In this document: positions 11,585 to 22,297 of the stretch, piece after piece | Layout of the letters: the number at the start of each line of letters is the position of its first letter | Numbering within the stretch: the stretch's first letter is position 1 | From: Toensbergia leucococca | Lineage: Eukaryota | Direction: 5' to 3' | Length of the DNA: 42,520 bases | Assembly: GCA_022813965.1 (NCBI GenBank) | Contig: JALDZS010000196.1 | Location: 1 to 42,520, forward strand | Notes under the pieces: model-generated | Seen by the model: the letters and a program-made list of their open reading frames with translations, nothing else | Database searches by the model: none | Told to the model about the DNA's origin: nothing | Made by a program: the position numbers and the translations under genes

Positions 11585-12203
11585 GGGAGTTACTAATCCT
11601 ACACCCCATTTCGATACATCTACCACCCCCCCCCCAACATAGTGCCCGGGCGCAAGATCACCGAGGGAAAATTTGCGACTCCATACCACATTTGCACTTG
11701 ACTCTCTACCTCTATTGCGTACCATTTTCTCTTCTGTTCGCATGTCATTTGAAAGCATAATTACCTAGTGAAAAAAGCATGCTTTTGTACCACATTCTGT
11801 CTCGATTCCCCCACCCCTGAGTGCAAAACCATCGCAATTTATCATTCTTGATTTGCAACTGCGACCGCATTGAGATGACTAGGCAGACAGATAGGCAGGG
11901 AGGTGAGGAGGTAGAAAGATAGGTAGGTAGGTGAGTAGGTAAGATGGATGGGGTGCGAATTGTAGTCAGAATGAGGTGGAAAATTGAGTCAGAATTGGCG
12001 TGCAAAACCACATATGTTCTCTAGATAATACTGCTACTGAATGGTACGCGAATTGAGAGGTATATAGCATGCAAAAGTAAGGAGGGAATCGAGGGCAAAT
12101 GAGGTGTGAAATCACGATGTTTCCCTATGCAACTTTGCGCGCCCGGGCACATGGTGGGGGGGGTGTAGATGTATCAATGAGGGGTGTAGGATTAGTAATT
12201 CCC
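11585..12203. mobile_element. Non-autonomous TIR DNA transposon (MITE), 619 bp, 8-bp TSD, long imperfect TIRs
   Basis: Left GGGAGTTACTAATCCTACACCCC...GATACATCTAC...GTGCCCGGGCGC mirrors right GCGCCCGGGCAC...GTAGATGTATC...GGGGTGTAGGATTAGTAATTCCC. Flanked by ATTCTATA (11577-11584 and 12204-12211). Confidence 0.92.
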
Positions 12204-12603
12204 ATTCTATATAGTACACTAGAATATCATACACTAGCCTATTTAGCGCGCCGTTTTGATTGATGGAAATCTGAGAGAAGGCTGAATTCCTAACCTCCGA
12301 ACCTCAAGTCTTACATGAGATTAAGAATGTGATTTTTCTCTCCTCTCTGTCTTTTCGATATTGTTTACCTTCATCAACTTCGATTTGGCGATTGATCTTG
12401 GCCTGTCATGTCAAGATTCAGGCCCCCAAAGCCTAAATTGCTCCTAATGTCACGACGAGATTAAGCAATCAAGTCTTCATACATAATGCTGTAGCCTCAA
12501 TTCTCTTCTTATCGACTTTCTTATTTATATATGTCAATCCCATAAGCCTACCAACTATAGACGCAACTGGGTCACCGCAAGAGCCAACCCCTCCGGACGC
12601 CCT

Positions 12604-13221
12604 TTAGCCACCCACTCTTGATGAACGCCAATAGCAGCCGCCGCCAACTCCAGATCTTCCATACATCCGGTTCAATTCAGCCCGAAGTTCTGCTGCCTCG
12701 GTGACGTTGAGAATGCCTGGCTCCAGGCTCTCCATGTGTTGGATGAGTGCATTGTTGGCATTGAAACAGCCATCGAAAAGACATGGAACAGCGGCGAAAG
12801 TCTCTCTCGTGAGCTCGCCTTCTACGTCTCTTAGTTGTTCCAACTCATCGTCCTCTCCCAAGTCCTCACCATCCTTCATTCCAGTCAGGACTTCATTGCA
12901 AGACATCATGAAATTGGTCCACAGGCATAGAAGCTCTGCGTCTGCGTCGTATGCGGGCCGAAAATAATTGCAGTAGCTGCAATGTTTCGCGATTGCAGCG
13001 CAGAGATAGCGGGTAGAAGGGATGTTGGCGATGCCGGAAAGGAGCCCAGCGAGGTCTTCACAGAGGTCGTTCGACTTTATCTCCTCGAGGTAATCTGGCC
13101 TCATGGTTGCATGAAGTCTCCCATTGTGGATGTACGGACCGGTGGGGGCATCAGGAAAGTCGATTGAGTCTTGACCGGCCGGCACCACGGTAGGGCGGAT
13201 TGTGGGTTCTTGATAAGCCAT
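12604..13221 (-). CDS. Hypothetical (orphan-like) acidic, probably helical protein, about 205 aa
   Basis: The track's start at 13386 is not ATG. First ATG is at 13221 (MAYQEPTIRP) in context CAGATGG, with TATATATA about 45-55 nt upstream. Globular-looking composition; no recognised domain. Confidence 0.6.
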   Translation of the reverse strand: MAYQEPTIRPTVVPAGQDSIDFPDAPTGPYIHNGRLHATMRPDYLEEIKSNDLCEDLAGLLSGIANIPSTRYLCAAIAKHCSYCNYFRPAYDADAELLCLWTNFMMSCNEVLTGMKDGEDLGEDDELEQLRDVEGELTRETFAAVPCLFDGCFNANNALIQHMESLEPGILNVTEAAELRAELNRMYGRSGVGGGCYWRSSRVGG

Positions 13222-15104
13222 CTGGTCTTCCTGCGTCTTTGCAGAATCAGCACTAAGTGATGTCAGGTATATATAAAGAAGTTGTGGAAAGGCTGATATG
13301 TTTATCGTAAAGCTGATGGTAGTATCCAGATATGAAATAGTATACCGAGGGAATATAGAAGGGCCATCCTGAGCGTTCTTATACAATGGCAGAAGTTGAA
13401 TTCATAAAGCTTTTCTAGTTGAAAAAGTATACTTCTGTCTAGAGTACCTGACTAAGCGGATCGAGTCAAACCACGGTGCGTAGGTCCTTCCCAAGAAGGG
13501 TTTTTTTTCAATTAGATTTTCGAAATACCTGACCGAAAGGAGCAAAGTGTGAAGATTGCAATATCCGGCCGCATCGTGATAGCAAATAAGCTTAAAAAGG
13601 TCTTTTAAGATTTGTCTTGGAGTTAAATGACTATGATGTGTCAAAGGATCTTCTCGGGACTCGAATTTCTCTAGTCTTAGAGTGTTAGATGTGACATCAA
13701 AGATACTTCTAAGAGCCGTTTGTTCTTTCTTTTGGGTTGACTCGAACAGTGTCCAAATATTTAGACTGATTCTGACTTAGTGAGCAATTTCGCACCTCTC
13801 AAAATATCCTGTCATTCTTTTCCCCGGACGCCCCAGAAGCGTCCAGTCATCACCCAAACTCTAGTCATCAATCAATGGCCAAGGCACCTCAAAGCAGCCA
13901 AGTGTTTCTTGTTCTCTATCGTCCATGATTGCATGTTCTTGAAATACCAACAGCACCGTTTGAGAAAGTTCTTCCACATTTTACATTGAAATTCCTCATC
14001 ATCACACAACGCTTCCATGCACCCTTCGTCCATATTGAACTTATGGCACTCTTCTGCGTCAAGAAGATGTGCAATCGACCATGACTTTTCAAAATCTTGA
14101 CCAATGCCCACAATAGCAGCGGTGCAGTTATTGTTTCTTCGACGGAGTAAACGTGAACAATCTAATTAGGTAACAACTGCAATAAATCTACTGCAACCTC
14201 CGCCGATCTCAATCGAAACCCTTGAACAGAGAGCCGCCGCACTCATCTCTTCTTTGACCAAACGAAAAGCGACTATATAGGTAAGTGAAAGTACAAAATA
14301 TATAAACAGCATACACAAGGGAAATAAGTGTCAAGTGTCTCCAAACGAACATCACCAGAAACACCTCATACTCCATCCCGCCAACCTTCCCCCAACAAAA
14401 CCACACAAACAGCAAACACCCCCACTCAAACTCTCCCATCTCTCACATCCTCAACCCTCACCCAACCCCATCCATCACCCTAACTCCAGTGAACAAAAGC
14501 CCCAAATTCACAGCCCCAAAAGCCCCGCACCCCATCCACCAAGAACCAATCTCATTCACACCGAAAAAAAAGTCCAATCCACCCCCCCTCACCACCCCTC
14601 CCAGCCAAAAAAAAAAAGAAAAGAAACCAAACCCATCCCGCCCATCCCTAAACAACACACCTCACCCTCACCCTCACCTCCAACGCCCCACCCCCCCTCG
14701 CTCCGTTCCCTCCATCCCCATCCTCAACCGCCCTCTCCACCTCCCCACCTCAAAAGCCGCGACCCAGACACCCCCCTATCCATGAGCAAAAACCCCACAA
14801 CCAAGCATACCAGCCTAATATTTCATCATCTCACGCCCCCATCACCGAACTTCCTAACTCCACAAATAACTACAAATAATTCCAGATGGAGAGTTACTTT
14901 AGAAAACAACGTGCGCATCCCCCGCATTTCGGTGACATGATGTTGCTTGGAAGAAATCCCGGGGGGGGCGGGGAGGTTGAATAAACTTCGTAATATGAAC
15001 ATAGAGAGTAATGGATACCAAACAACCAAGTCTCCCAACCAACATCCTCCCAAAAACCCACAAAACAAAACCCCCCCTCACCAAATCCCCATTCCCCAGT
15101 CCCC

Positions 15105-17843
15105 TCACCCCCCAGCCCACCCAACCAACCCCTCCCCCAACCCCACCGGTTCCCAAACACCCCCCATATCCCTCCCCCCCCTCCTCACCCAAACCACATC
15201 CCCCTTCAAATAAACCACCACCCCACCCACCAAACTCGCACTGGCCGTGATCCGAAACAGCGGCAGCCCAGTCTGCGCATGCGCTTCCCGCAGCGGCAGC
15301 ATGAGGAGGTTATTTTCCGCGCACCAGTGCTCCAGCACGTCGCGGAAGGTTGTTTCCTCCGCCAGCGCAGCCGGTGGCGCTGCTGGTTTGGCGGGAGCCG
15401 TGGCTGAGGTGGGGAGAGGGCGGGTGGGACCTGCTGCTGGCGGAGGCAGGAGGGTTTTGGCGTCGGGGCCGAGATCGAGGGCTAGGGTTATGGTTTCGAG
15501 GCCCTTTGTCCATTCCTGGGTGATGGGTTGGAGGGCGTTGAGGCTGGCGGGGAATTGCTCTTTCCACCACAGGTACCAGGCGCGGATTTCGTCGTAGTTA
15601 GGGGAGGAGGTTAGCCAGAGGTGCAGGGTGGCGTGCCATTTTGGGAAGAATTCTTGGACGAGGAGGTGGGCGAGGGTGCTTGCGGGGAAGAAGGGGAGCC
15701 ATTGCAGCGTTTTTTCTAGGGGGGCGAGGTCTTGGTCTGAAGGGTCGATGAGGAGGTGAGTGTGGAGGTGGTGGGCGAGGCGAGGGAGGAGGTGATGCAG
15801 GAAGAGGGTCGGGCTTAGGATTTCGTGCCAGTGGGGTAGGTCTGAAGGGATGCCTGTGGCGAGGTCCCAGGTTTGGAGGATCAGTTTGAATTTTTGGATT
15901 ATGGTTGCTAGGAGCCCGGTTGGGGATTTGGGGGACGTATGCTGCTCTGGCAGGTACGGGAGCCAGGGAAAGAGCCAGGTGTGTGGGGGGTGGGTGTGGT
16001 GGGCGCGTTTTTTGTGGCTTGGTCGCGGGTTCCAGGCTGCGATAGCGGTGGTGAGGCGTTGGACGATTTGCTGGGAGATGATGTTGTGTAGTATGAAAAG
16101 CGGGAGGAGTGGTCGCCAGGCTTCGATGAGGGCGATTAGGGGGTTGGGCTTGTGCACGTCCCAGGTGTTTATTATGGCTGTGCGAATTCGAGGGAGCCAG
16201 AGGGTGTACATCATGGTTTCGAAGTGTGTGGTTGACTTACTGTGGGATCTGGAGTGGTGAGTGTCGGTTTGAATTGCTATTGCTTGGGTGTCGTCGTTAG
16301 TCTTTATTCCTAGAATTCGCCTGAGCCGTTGGAGGTAGGGAACGATGTGATAGGGATCTTTCAGCGGATCCCAATCTTCCATGGCAACTTTCATCAGAGG
16401 ATGAATGGCCGCAACTGCCACCTCTTGCAAGGCGTACATTTCAATCTCGTCTTGAAATTCAATCTCCAATGTTTCTAACTTCGTCGTGACGTCTTCCCAT
16501 CTAGAAATATTAACATTAATAGCAAAGGTTCTTGTCACCTCTTTGTGTAGATTCTGAACAGCATCGATTAAGCCCCTAAGCCTGCGCGCTTCTTCTTCCT
16601 GCATGTCGATTTCGGCTGTCAATTGGCCGCCTTGCAATTCAAAGTACTTCTTTCTATCCGCAAGCCCACTCCATTCGTCGGCGAATGCTTCTAGATCCCT
16701 TCGCGCTCGACGAGCAATTTTCATGGCTTCGGTTTCACTCGGTACCATGGCTTGATGAGAGCTCATTAGCCCAGCGGTAGAGGTAAGCAATTTGGTCCCT
16801 TTTCCTGTTGCATCTATAATCGACTTGAGGACATCTGGAACCTCCAAGCCCTCGGCTGCAGCTTCTATTTCTGCTGCAGTCTGGTATTTTAGCTTGGGCT
16901 TTGCTCTACTTCCTCTCGGCGTGCTGGCTCCGCTTGTCAGCGCAGATAACCTCTTCTCCTTTTGCTTCCGCCGTTTCTTCCTTTCCTCCTCCTCTGAATC
17001 TTCCAGAATCTCGCCTCGAAATGCCGCTTCCCGCTTTTCTTCTTCTTTAGCCTGCTTGGTCTTCTCCTTCACAGCACCTAGTCCGGCACCTTGCGGTCTT
17101 GACTGCGTCTCTATAGGGGCCAATCTACCACGTCCCGTCGCACCCAGGCCTTGACCCTCGACGTAGCCCATTTTCGCCATCATTTTTGCAGCGAAGGAAT
17201 TTGGGTTTGCAGATGAAGGACCAGGCGTGCCCTTTGCCTTGCCATTTTGGCGAGAGGCAGGCACTGGTGTATTGAAAGACGGTCGAACAGGAATTGGTGT
17301 CGTGATCTCCTCTGCTGGTGACATGAAACGAAGAGTGGGCTGCTTTGCTGATGTGGGTGTGAACCCCATGCCTAAAGGTCTCTCTATAGAAATATGGTTC
17401 GTACGACTTCGGTCTGCGTTGGCGCTGGGTTCCTCATTGCCTCCATAGCCAAGTCCTCTGGATCCTACTTCCCTGAGACCAGCAGTGTCTTCCAATTCCA
17501 GCCCCCCCCTTTCTTCGTCTTCGCTTTCTGCATTGTTGCCGGCCTCCAAATCTTCATCATTATCTTCCCCCTTGGTATGACTATCTCCTGACTTGGTGAA
17601 ACCGATGCCCCTTCCTCGTAGTGACTTGGCCTTCCATCTTTGGCCTGGGCCTTCATCTTCACTCTCCGATCCAAAGATACCTAAGGCAGCGCTTTCTCGG
17701 GCATCTCTACCAGTTTTCCGCCGTTTGCGCCTGTGATCAATGAATTCATCTGCGCTAGGATTTGAGTCGGGGAAACGGAGGTCATCCTCATCCTGATCAG
17801 AAGACTCTGAGGATGAGCCTTGGCCACCAAATCCATTCATCAT
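15105..17843 (-). CDS. TFIP11: Tuftelin-interacting protein 11 / Spp382-Ntr1 spliceosome disassembly factor (G-patch + GCFC)
   Basis: RESAALGIFGSESEDE N-terminal motif, G-patch (NSFAAKMMAKMGYVEGQGLGATGRG...GAGLG), and GCFC region (WDPL, HTWLFPWLP, FFPKWH, YDEIRAWYLWWK). Intronless, 912 aa. Confidence 0.93.
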   Translation of the reverse strand: MMNGFGGQGSSSESSDQDEDDLRFPDSNPSADEFIDHRRKRRKTGRDARESAALGIFGSESEDEGPGQRWKAKSLRGRGIGFTKSGDSHTKGEDNDEDLEAGNNAESEDEERGGLELEDTAGLREVGSRGLGYGGNEEPSANADRSRTNHISIERPLGMGFTPTSAKQPTLRFMSPAEEITTPIPVRPSFNTPVPASRQNGKAKGTPGPSSANPNSFAAKMMAKMGYVEGQGLGATGRGRLAPIETQSRPQGAGLGAVKEKTKQAKEEEKREAAFRGEILEDSEEEERKKRRKQKEKRLSALTSGASTPRGSRAKPKLKYQTAAEIEAAAEGLEVPDVLKSIIDATGKGTKLLTSTAGLMSSHQAMVPSETEAMKIARRARRDLEAFADEWSGLADRKKYFELQGGQLTAEIDMQEEEARRLRGLIDAVQNLHKEVTRTFAINVNISRWEDVTTKLETLEIEFQDEIEMYALQEVAVAAIHPLMKVAMEDWDPLKDPYHIVPYLQRLRRILGIKTNDDTQAIAIQTDTHHSRSHSKSTTHFETMMYTLWLPRIRTAIINTWDVHKPNPLIALIEAWRPLLPLFILHNIISQQIVQRLTTAIAAWNPRPSHKKRAHHTHPPHTWLFPWLPYLPEQHTSPKSPTGLLATIIQKFKLILQTWDLATGIPSDLPHWHEILSPTLFLHHLLPRLAHHLHTHLLIDPSDQDLAPLEKTLQWLPFFPASTLAHLLVQEFFPKWHATLHLWLTSSPNYDEIRAWYLWWKEQFPASLNALQPITQEWTKGLETITLALDLGPDAKTLLPPPAAGPTRPLPTSATAPAKPAAPPAALAEETTFRDVLEHWCAENNLLMLPLREAHAQTGLPLFRITASASLVGGVVVYLKGDVVWVRRGGRDMGGVWEPVGLGEGLVGWAGG

Positions 17844-18105
17844 CGGAGTTGGGATGAGGCTGATTGAATCAAGCTGGATTCAAAATTTGAGACAATGGAT
17901 ATTCTGGTATAGTAGTAGCCCAAAGGAGTTTAGCACAGCTGTTGTCTATATTTAGAATAGCCTGATATCGGAATAAATAAATAAACCGGCAATCGCATAT
18001 CGCATGTCCCAGAAATTACCTTAATATGATGCTGTGTATCTATCCCTACGTTACCACAGATAGCAGCTGCCACATTGTCGCTGATAGGCCCCCTTTACAA
18101 CAGAT

Positions 18106-21100
18106 ATGGCCTACCAGATTTTCTCTCACGCCGAGCTCTCTACTCCCCCTCCTCCCCCACCACATGCCTCCGCTGAACCCCACAAGCACCAACCTGATGT
18201 CGCGTGCCCTCGCCTATCTCCCGATTCAGACTTCGACCACTTGGAAGATTCACATGTGACATTACGATCAACTAGTGACCAGCTTACTTCCTTATTCACC
18301 TCCATGATGGCTGACAGGATGGACTACAATTCCATCGAAGACGATGAGTATGAGCACGTTGAGCGGGATGCATGGAGTAAGGAACGCGAGTCACCCAACT
18401 TGGATACTGTTGGTGGCCTTCATGGTCCCGACGAATTTGGTGGTGGAGGAGTAGGAGATCAGGATGATATCTGCATGCCTCGACCTTTGCGGACTGTATC
18501 CCGAGAAGGCTCTTTGCGTCATCCCACGCCCGACCTACAGTCATTGCAGGGGGCTTATGTTGGGAACGTGGAGCGACTGGAGCAAAGCGCCGAGCGCTTG
18601 AGTATGTCTTCGGACATTGGCGAGGAGGTCAGAAAGCTAAGGATGGAGCAAAAGAGGTCGGATAGTCGAAAATCTTCCATCTTGCAAGCACACGCCGAGG
18701 AGGCAGAGACATCTCCAGTCACTCGCCAATTCTCATATGCATCCAATGCATCCAACTCTATTCTTGGTCTAAATAGTGTGGCGAGGTCGGGTGGTTTCTC
18801 TCCTAGTGGGTATTTCACTTCCCCAAGAGGTTCAATACGTTCAGGGTCTTGGTCACAAAGTTCGATTAAAGGTCGGTCGGTTTCACAAATACAGCGTTTA
18901 ACGCAAATGCCCGAACCTGAAAAGGAAGGGAAGCCACTTGATTCTCCAATCTCAGCGCGCTCTGTGCCTGTCCTCCCCTCACTTAAGTCGAACGTACTAC
19001 GTGTTATGAATCAGAACGGGAGTTCATCGAGTCCCTCAATACACTCTGCGGAGCAAGCCGTCAACTCACATTCCCCCGAACCGGTTCGAGCTGAGGAGCT
19101 GGGCAGTCCGGGTGACCAACCAGATCGACCAACAACTGCGGCTTCTACAGATACCTCTCAACGTGCCACGAGCCTGTTCGCCGACTTTGACGGTGTTCAC
19201 ATCACTCCTCTGCAGCATCCGTCCACTCGTGACGAGCCCGAGAGCTGTCAAGAATCTCTCAATCAGCCACCTTTTGCCGAAAGACCACTATCATATGTTG
19301 ATCGCTCGCGGGAGAATATGGTTTATTACCCTGCACCTGTGCCAATGATGTTGAATCTTCCTCAAAAGTTGTCGAAGCTACCGTCTGCAACGCGAAGAGA
19401 CAAACGGCGCTCGCAAATGCTGGCTGCTGTCCCTGCAGATGCACGAAAATCAGCTGCATGGTTACCTAATGTCCTCGAAGCAGGAAATGAAGACATTGAA
19501 CAGCAACACAACAGTATACCTCTGCTTGGAAAGACTGACAACCGCCGCAGTATGGCCGACCTACCTCCACAGCTGAGAGCCAGCGTTTTCTTTGATTACC
19601 CTTCTATTCAGCAAGACTTAGAAGTCAAGGGTGACTCTGCAGTTGCTACTCTAGATAGCATCTTGGATGCCTCAGCACATGCTCCAGTCAGTGCATTCAC
19701 TGACCATCCTTACGCTGGTCATGTTGGTGCGGAAGTATACGGTAGAACTAGTAAGGCGTCGCCGGACAAGGCGGAGCACCGAAAGAGTAGGAGTTCCATG
19801 ATCTTTTTAAGCGATAGAAAGAGCAATTCAGTGATCCTAGAAGACACGAAGAAGCGAAATAGCAGCTTGCTGAGCCTAGGAACACAGCTGGGTAGGAGGA
19901 AGAGCAGTGTTCCCCAGCCTGGCGACCTCCAATACAGCACAGAAGGTAAGGCAGCCGCAATTCACGATGAAGATGTACAACAGCATGAATCAGACGAGGA
20001 ACACACGCATGGGCGTGGAGAAGGCGAGCAAGACCTTAACTTCCATGATGCACCCGAAGATTTTAAGGGTGAAGAAGAGGGCGAAGAGCTCGAACAAGAA
20101 GGAGAATACAGTGGACAACCAACAACGCTCCTAGCTGAGTTACAGCTTCGTAAGCAGGAGCAAAAGACCCGTAACCGTACTGCTGCAACCGCTTTTCCCG
20201 ATGGGATGCACTCAACGCTGTTAGAACTTGATGCGGTTGCACAAATACAGAAGCAGTCGCGGAAGCAGAAGCACATTACTCTCGCATGGGAAGATCCCGA
20301 TGCTCACCACCCCGGTGCGGAAAATCAGGACGACGAGGACGTACCTTTGGGCATGCTGTTCCCTGGACGCAAAGTGGCTACATACGAATCTAGGGGTCGC
20401 TTCCATGATGATATGCCTTTGGGTCTTATTGCACGGCGAGAGATGGAGGACAACGAGCCCTTAAGCCGCCGTCGCGCCAGACTACGAGGCGATCCTCCTC
20501 CTGCTCGGAATCCGAGCCCCGGCAAACAAGAAAGCATGTACACTTTGGAAGTCCCCGGTCTAACAGACGCTAAAGCCCCCGAACCTGCCGACCTAGAAGG
20601 TGAAACCCTCGGCCAGCGCCTCAAACGACTAACCAAAGGCCAAGCCGCGCATTCTCAACCTACACCCCTCAGCGGTGACTTCGCTAGCGAGCTCCTCTCC
20701 CAATTTGAACCTCCGCTTGACACCTCCATCCCCGCTCCAACCCAAACTCCAGATCCCGACCCGGAAGAAGAAACCCTCGCCCAACGCCGCAAACGCCTCC
20801 AAGCCTCCCGCGACGCCAGCGGCAGCAGTGCCGATCCACCTCCCCTGACTCAACGCCGCAGCCTCGCAGATCTCCTCCACGCTCATCCCACTGCCTCAGC
20901 ACCAGGCTCGCGCTCTACTTCCCACGAATTGCCTCTTCCAGCCACGACTAAATCTCGTTTCACCGCTGGTGGGCTGCTGCATCAGAATCAGCAGTTGCAG
21001 GCTCAGCGCCAGCAGCAGCTTTGGGAGCAGAACCGCGTTGGTAGTATGGATGCGAATGGGATGCGAAGTGGAGTTGTGGGGAGTCGGGTGATGTTGCCCA

Positions 21101-21288
21101 TGGTGTCAGGGATTGGAGTACCGCTTCCTGGTGGCGTTCCGATTGGGGTGGGCCTACAGGGGGGAGTCGGGTATGGTGGCTTGGAGCTTGGAGGGGGATT
21201 TGGGGGGATGGGGAAGGAGGAGGTGGATTTGGGGGAGGGAGGGAGGAAGGATATGGTTGATCGGTGGAGGTGGAGTGTTGGGAGGTGA
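18106..21288 (+). CDS. Large, mostly disordered hypothetical protein, 1060 aa
   Basis: Long intronless ORF, Ser/Arg/Pro-rich, with ordered-looking blocks (HPTPDLQSLQGAYVGNVERLE, MVYYPAPVPMMLNLPQKLS, LPPQLRASVFFD, TTLLAELQLRK, GMHSTLLELDAVAQ). Divergent from TFIP11. Confidence 0.88.
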   Translation: MAYQIFSHAELSTPPPPPPHASAEPHKHQPDVACPRLSPDSDFDHLEDSHVTLRSTSDQLTSLFTSMMADRMDYNSIEDDEYEHVERDAWSKERESPNLDTVGGLHGPDEFGGGGVGDQDDICMPRPLRTVSREGSLRHPTPDLQSLQGAYVGNVERLEQSAERLSMSSDIGEEVRKLRMEQKRSDSRKSSILQAHAEEAETSPVTRQFSYASNASNSILGLNSVARSGGFSPSGYFTSPRGSIRSGSWSQSSIKGRSVSQIQRLTQMPEPEKEGKPLDSPISARSVPVLPSLKSNVLRVMNQNGSSSSPSIHSAEQAVNSHSPEPVRAEELGSPGDQPDRPTTAASTDTSQRATSLFADFDGVHITPLQHPSTRDEPESCQESLNQPPFAERPLSYVDRSRENMVYYPAPVPMMLNLPQKLSKLPSATRRDKRRSQMLAAVPADARKSAAWLPNVLEAGNEDIEQQHNSIPLLGKTDNRRSMADLPPQLRASVFFDYPSIQQDLEVKGDSAVATLDSILDASAHAPVSAFTDHPYAGHVGAEVYGRTSKASPDKAEHRKSRSSMIFLSDRKSNSVILEDTKKRNSSLLSLGTQLGRRKSSVPQPGDLQYSTEGKAAAIHDEDVQQHESDEEHTHGRGEGEQDLNFHDAPEDFKGEEEGEELEQEGEYSGQPTTLLAELQLRKQEQKTRNRTAATAFPDGMHSTLLELDAVAQIQKQSRKQKHITLAWEDPDAHHPGAENQDDEDVPLGMLFPGRKVATYESRGRFHDDMPLGLIARREMEDNEPLSRRRARLRGDPPPARNPSPGKQESMYTLEVPGLTDAKAPEPADLEGETLGQRLKRLTKGQAAHSQPTPLSGDFASELLSQFEPPLDTSIPAPTQTPDPDPEEETLAQRRKRLQASRDASGSSADPPPLTQRRSLADLLHAHPTASAPGSRSTSHELPLPATTKSRFTAGGLLHQNQQLQAQRQQQLWEQNRVGSMDANGMRSGVVGSRVMLPMVSGIGVPLPGGVPIGVGLQGGVGYGGLELGGGFGGMGKEEVDLGEGGRKDMVDRWRWSVGR

Positions 21289-22297
21289 AGGGGTCTTGAA
21301 GAATGGGAATTTGGTTGGCGTGCTTGATGGAGATATACCCCCCATTTCTTTTTTCGGTGTAGATGTTTTTGCTTGCGGTGGTGGGGAATGGCTTCGGGTG
21401 ATATGACCGCCTTGCTTTGCTCGTCCTTTTTTCCCCTTGCTTTGGGAGTGGAGTGTAGTGTCCTGGGCTGATTTGTGTGATGCGTGTACGGAGTAGATAT
21501 TTCTGTGTATTATAGAGGCTTTGCCACTTGTGGGCTGGGAGATGGTGGGGAGGGGGGATATTAAGGTCTATGTCAATTTCAATGGTCAATGTCAATGTGA
21601 ATGTGAATACCTGGGTCCATGTTGGGACTCTTTTTTTGGGGGGTTTGAGTTGGGCTATTTGATATCTAAGTTCTTTGCTTGGTCTTGAGATTTGCGGCTT
21701 GCGGTTTTTTTTTAATTCTCTTCTTGTTTGTTTTTAGGGGTACTTTTCATGGTTGGAGTATGGTTGGGGCTAGGAGGGTGGGGGAGGCAAGTCTGAAAAT
21801 GTGAGTTGGAGTGCTGCGTGAGTTGAGATGATGGATTTTGTGAAGGTTTTGGTGGGGTTGGGGGAGGAAGGAAGAAGTCTCCTTTTTTTTGCGGTGGTGT
21901 GGGGGTGATGTTGGTTGAGCTTTTTTTTCTTTTGGGGAGAGTGGGAGAGTGCTTGGTGCTGTCGTCGACTCTTCTCAGCGGGATTGGTGTTGGCTTTGAG
22001 GGTTTTTGTGAGAATGATGCGAGTAGAGAGTATTTTGGGAAGGTGGAGATGGTGCTTTTAAGGATTGGGGGTATGAGGATGAGCTTTGTTGGTGAGGCTG
22101 GAGTCCGCTTTCTTTTTTTCTTTCGGCCTCGTTTCCGTAGCGGTGTCTAGAGCTGGACCTGTGTATTTGTGTCTTCGTCCTTTTGGTTTTGGTGAAGAAT
22201 TTCTAGGAGCATGCTTCCTTCTTCGAATCATTCAGGTGGAGAGGTTGGCCCCGATGTCTGGAGCCGGTGATTTTTCCGGCCGCATATGAATACTACA

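Noticed and set aside
4836..12203. A single composite or Pack-type transposon carrying the two genes
   Set aside because: The outer flanks differ (TAAATACA versus ATTCTATA) and each MITE has its own complete TSD and TIR pair, indicating two separate insertions.
14335..15250. Pro/His-rich and Gly-rich ORFs on both strands
   Set aside because: By-products of C/A skew, which depletes stop codons; low complexity and mostly non-ATG starts.
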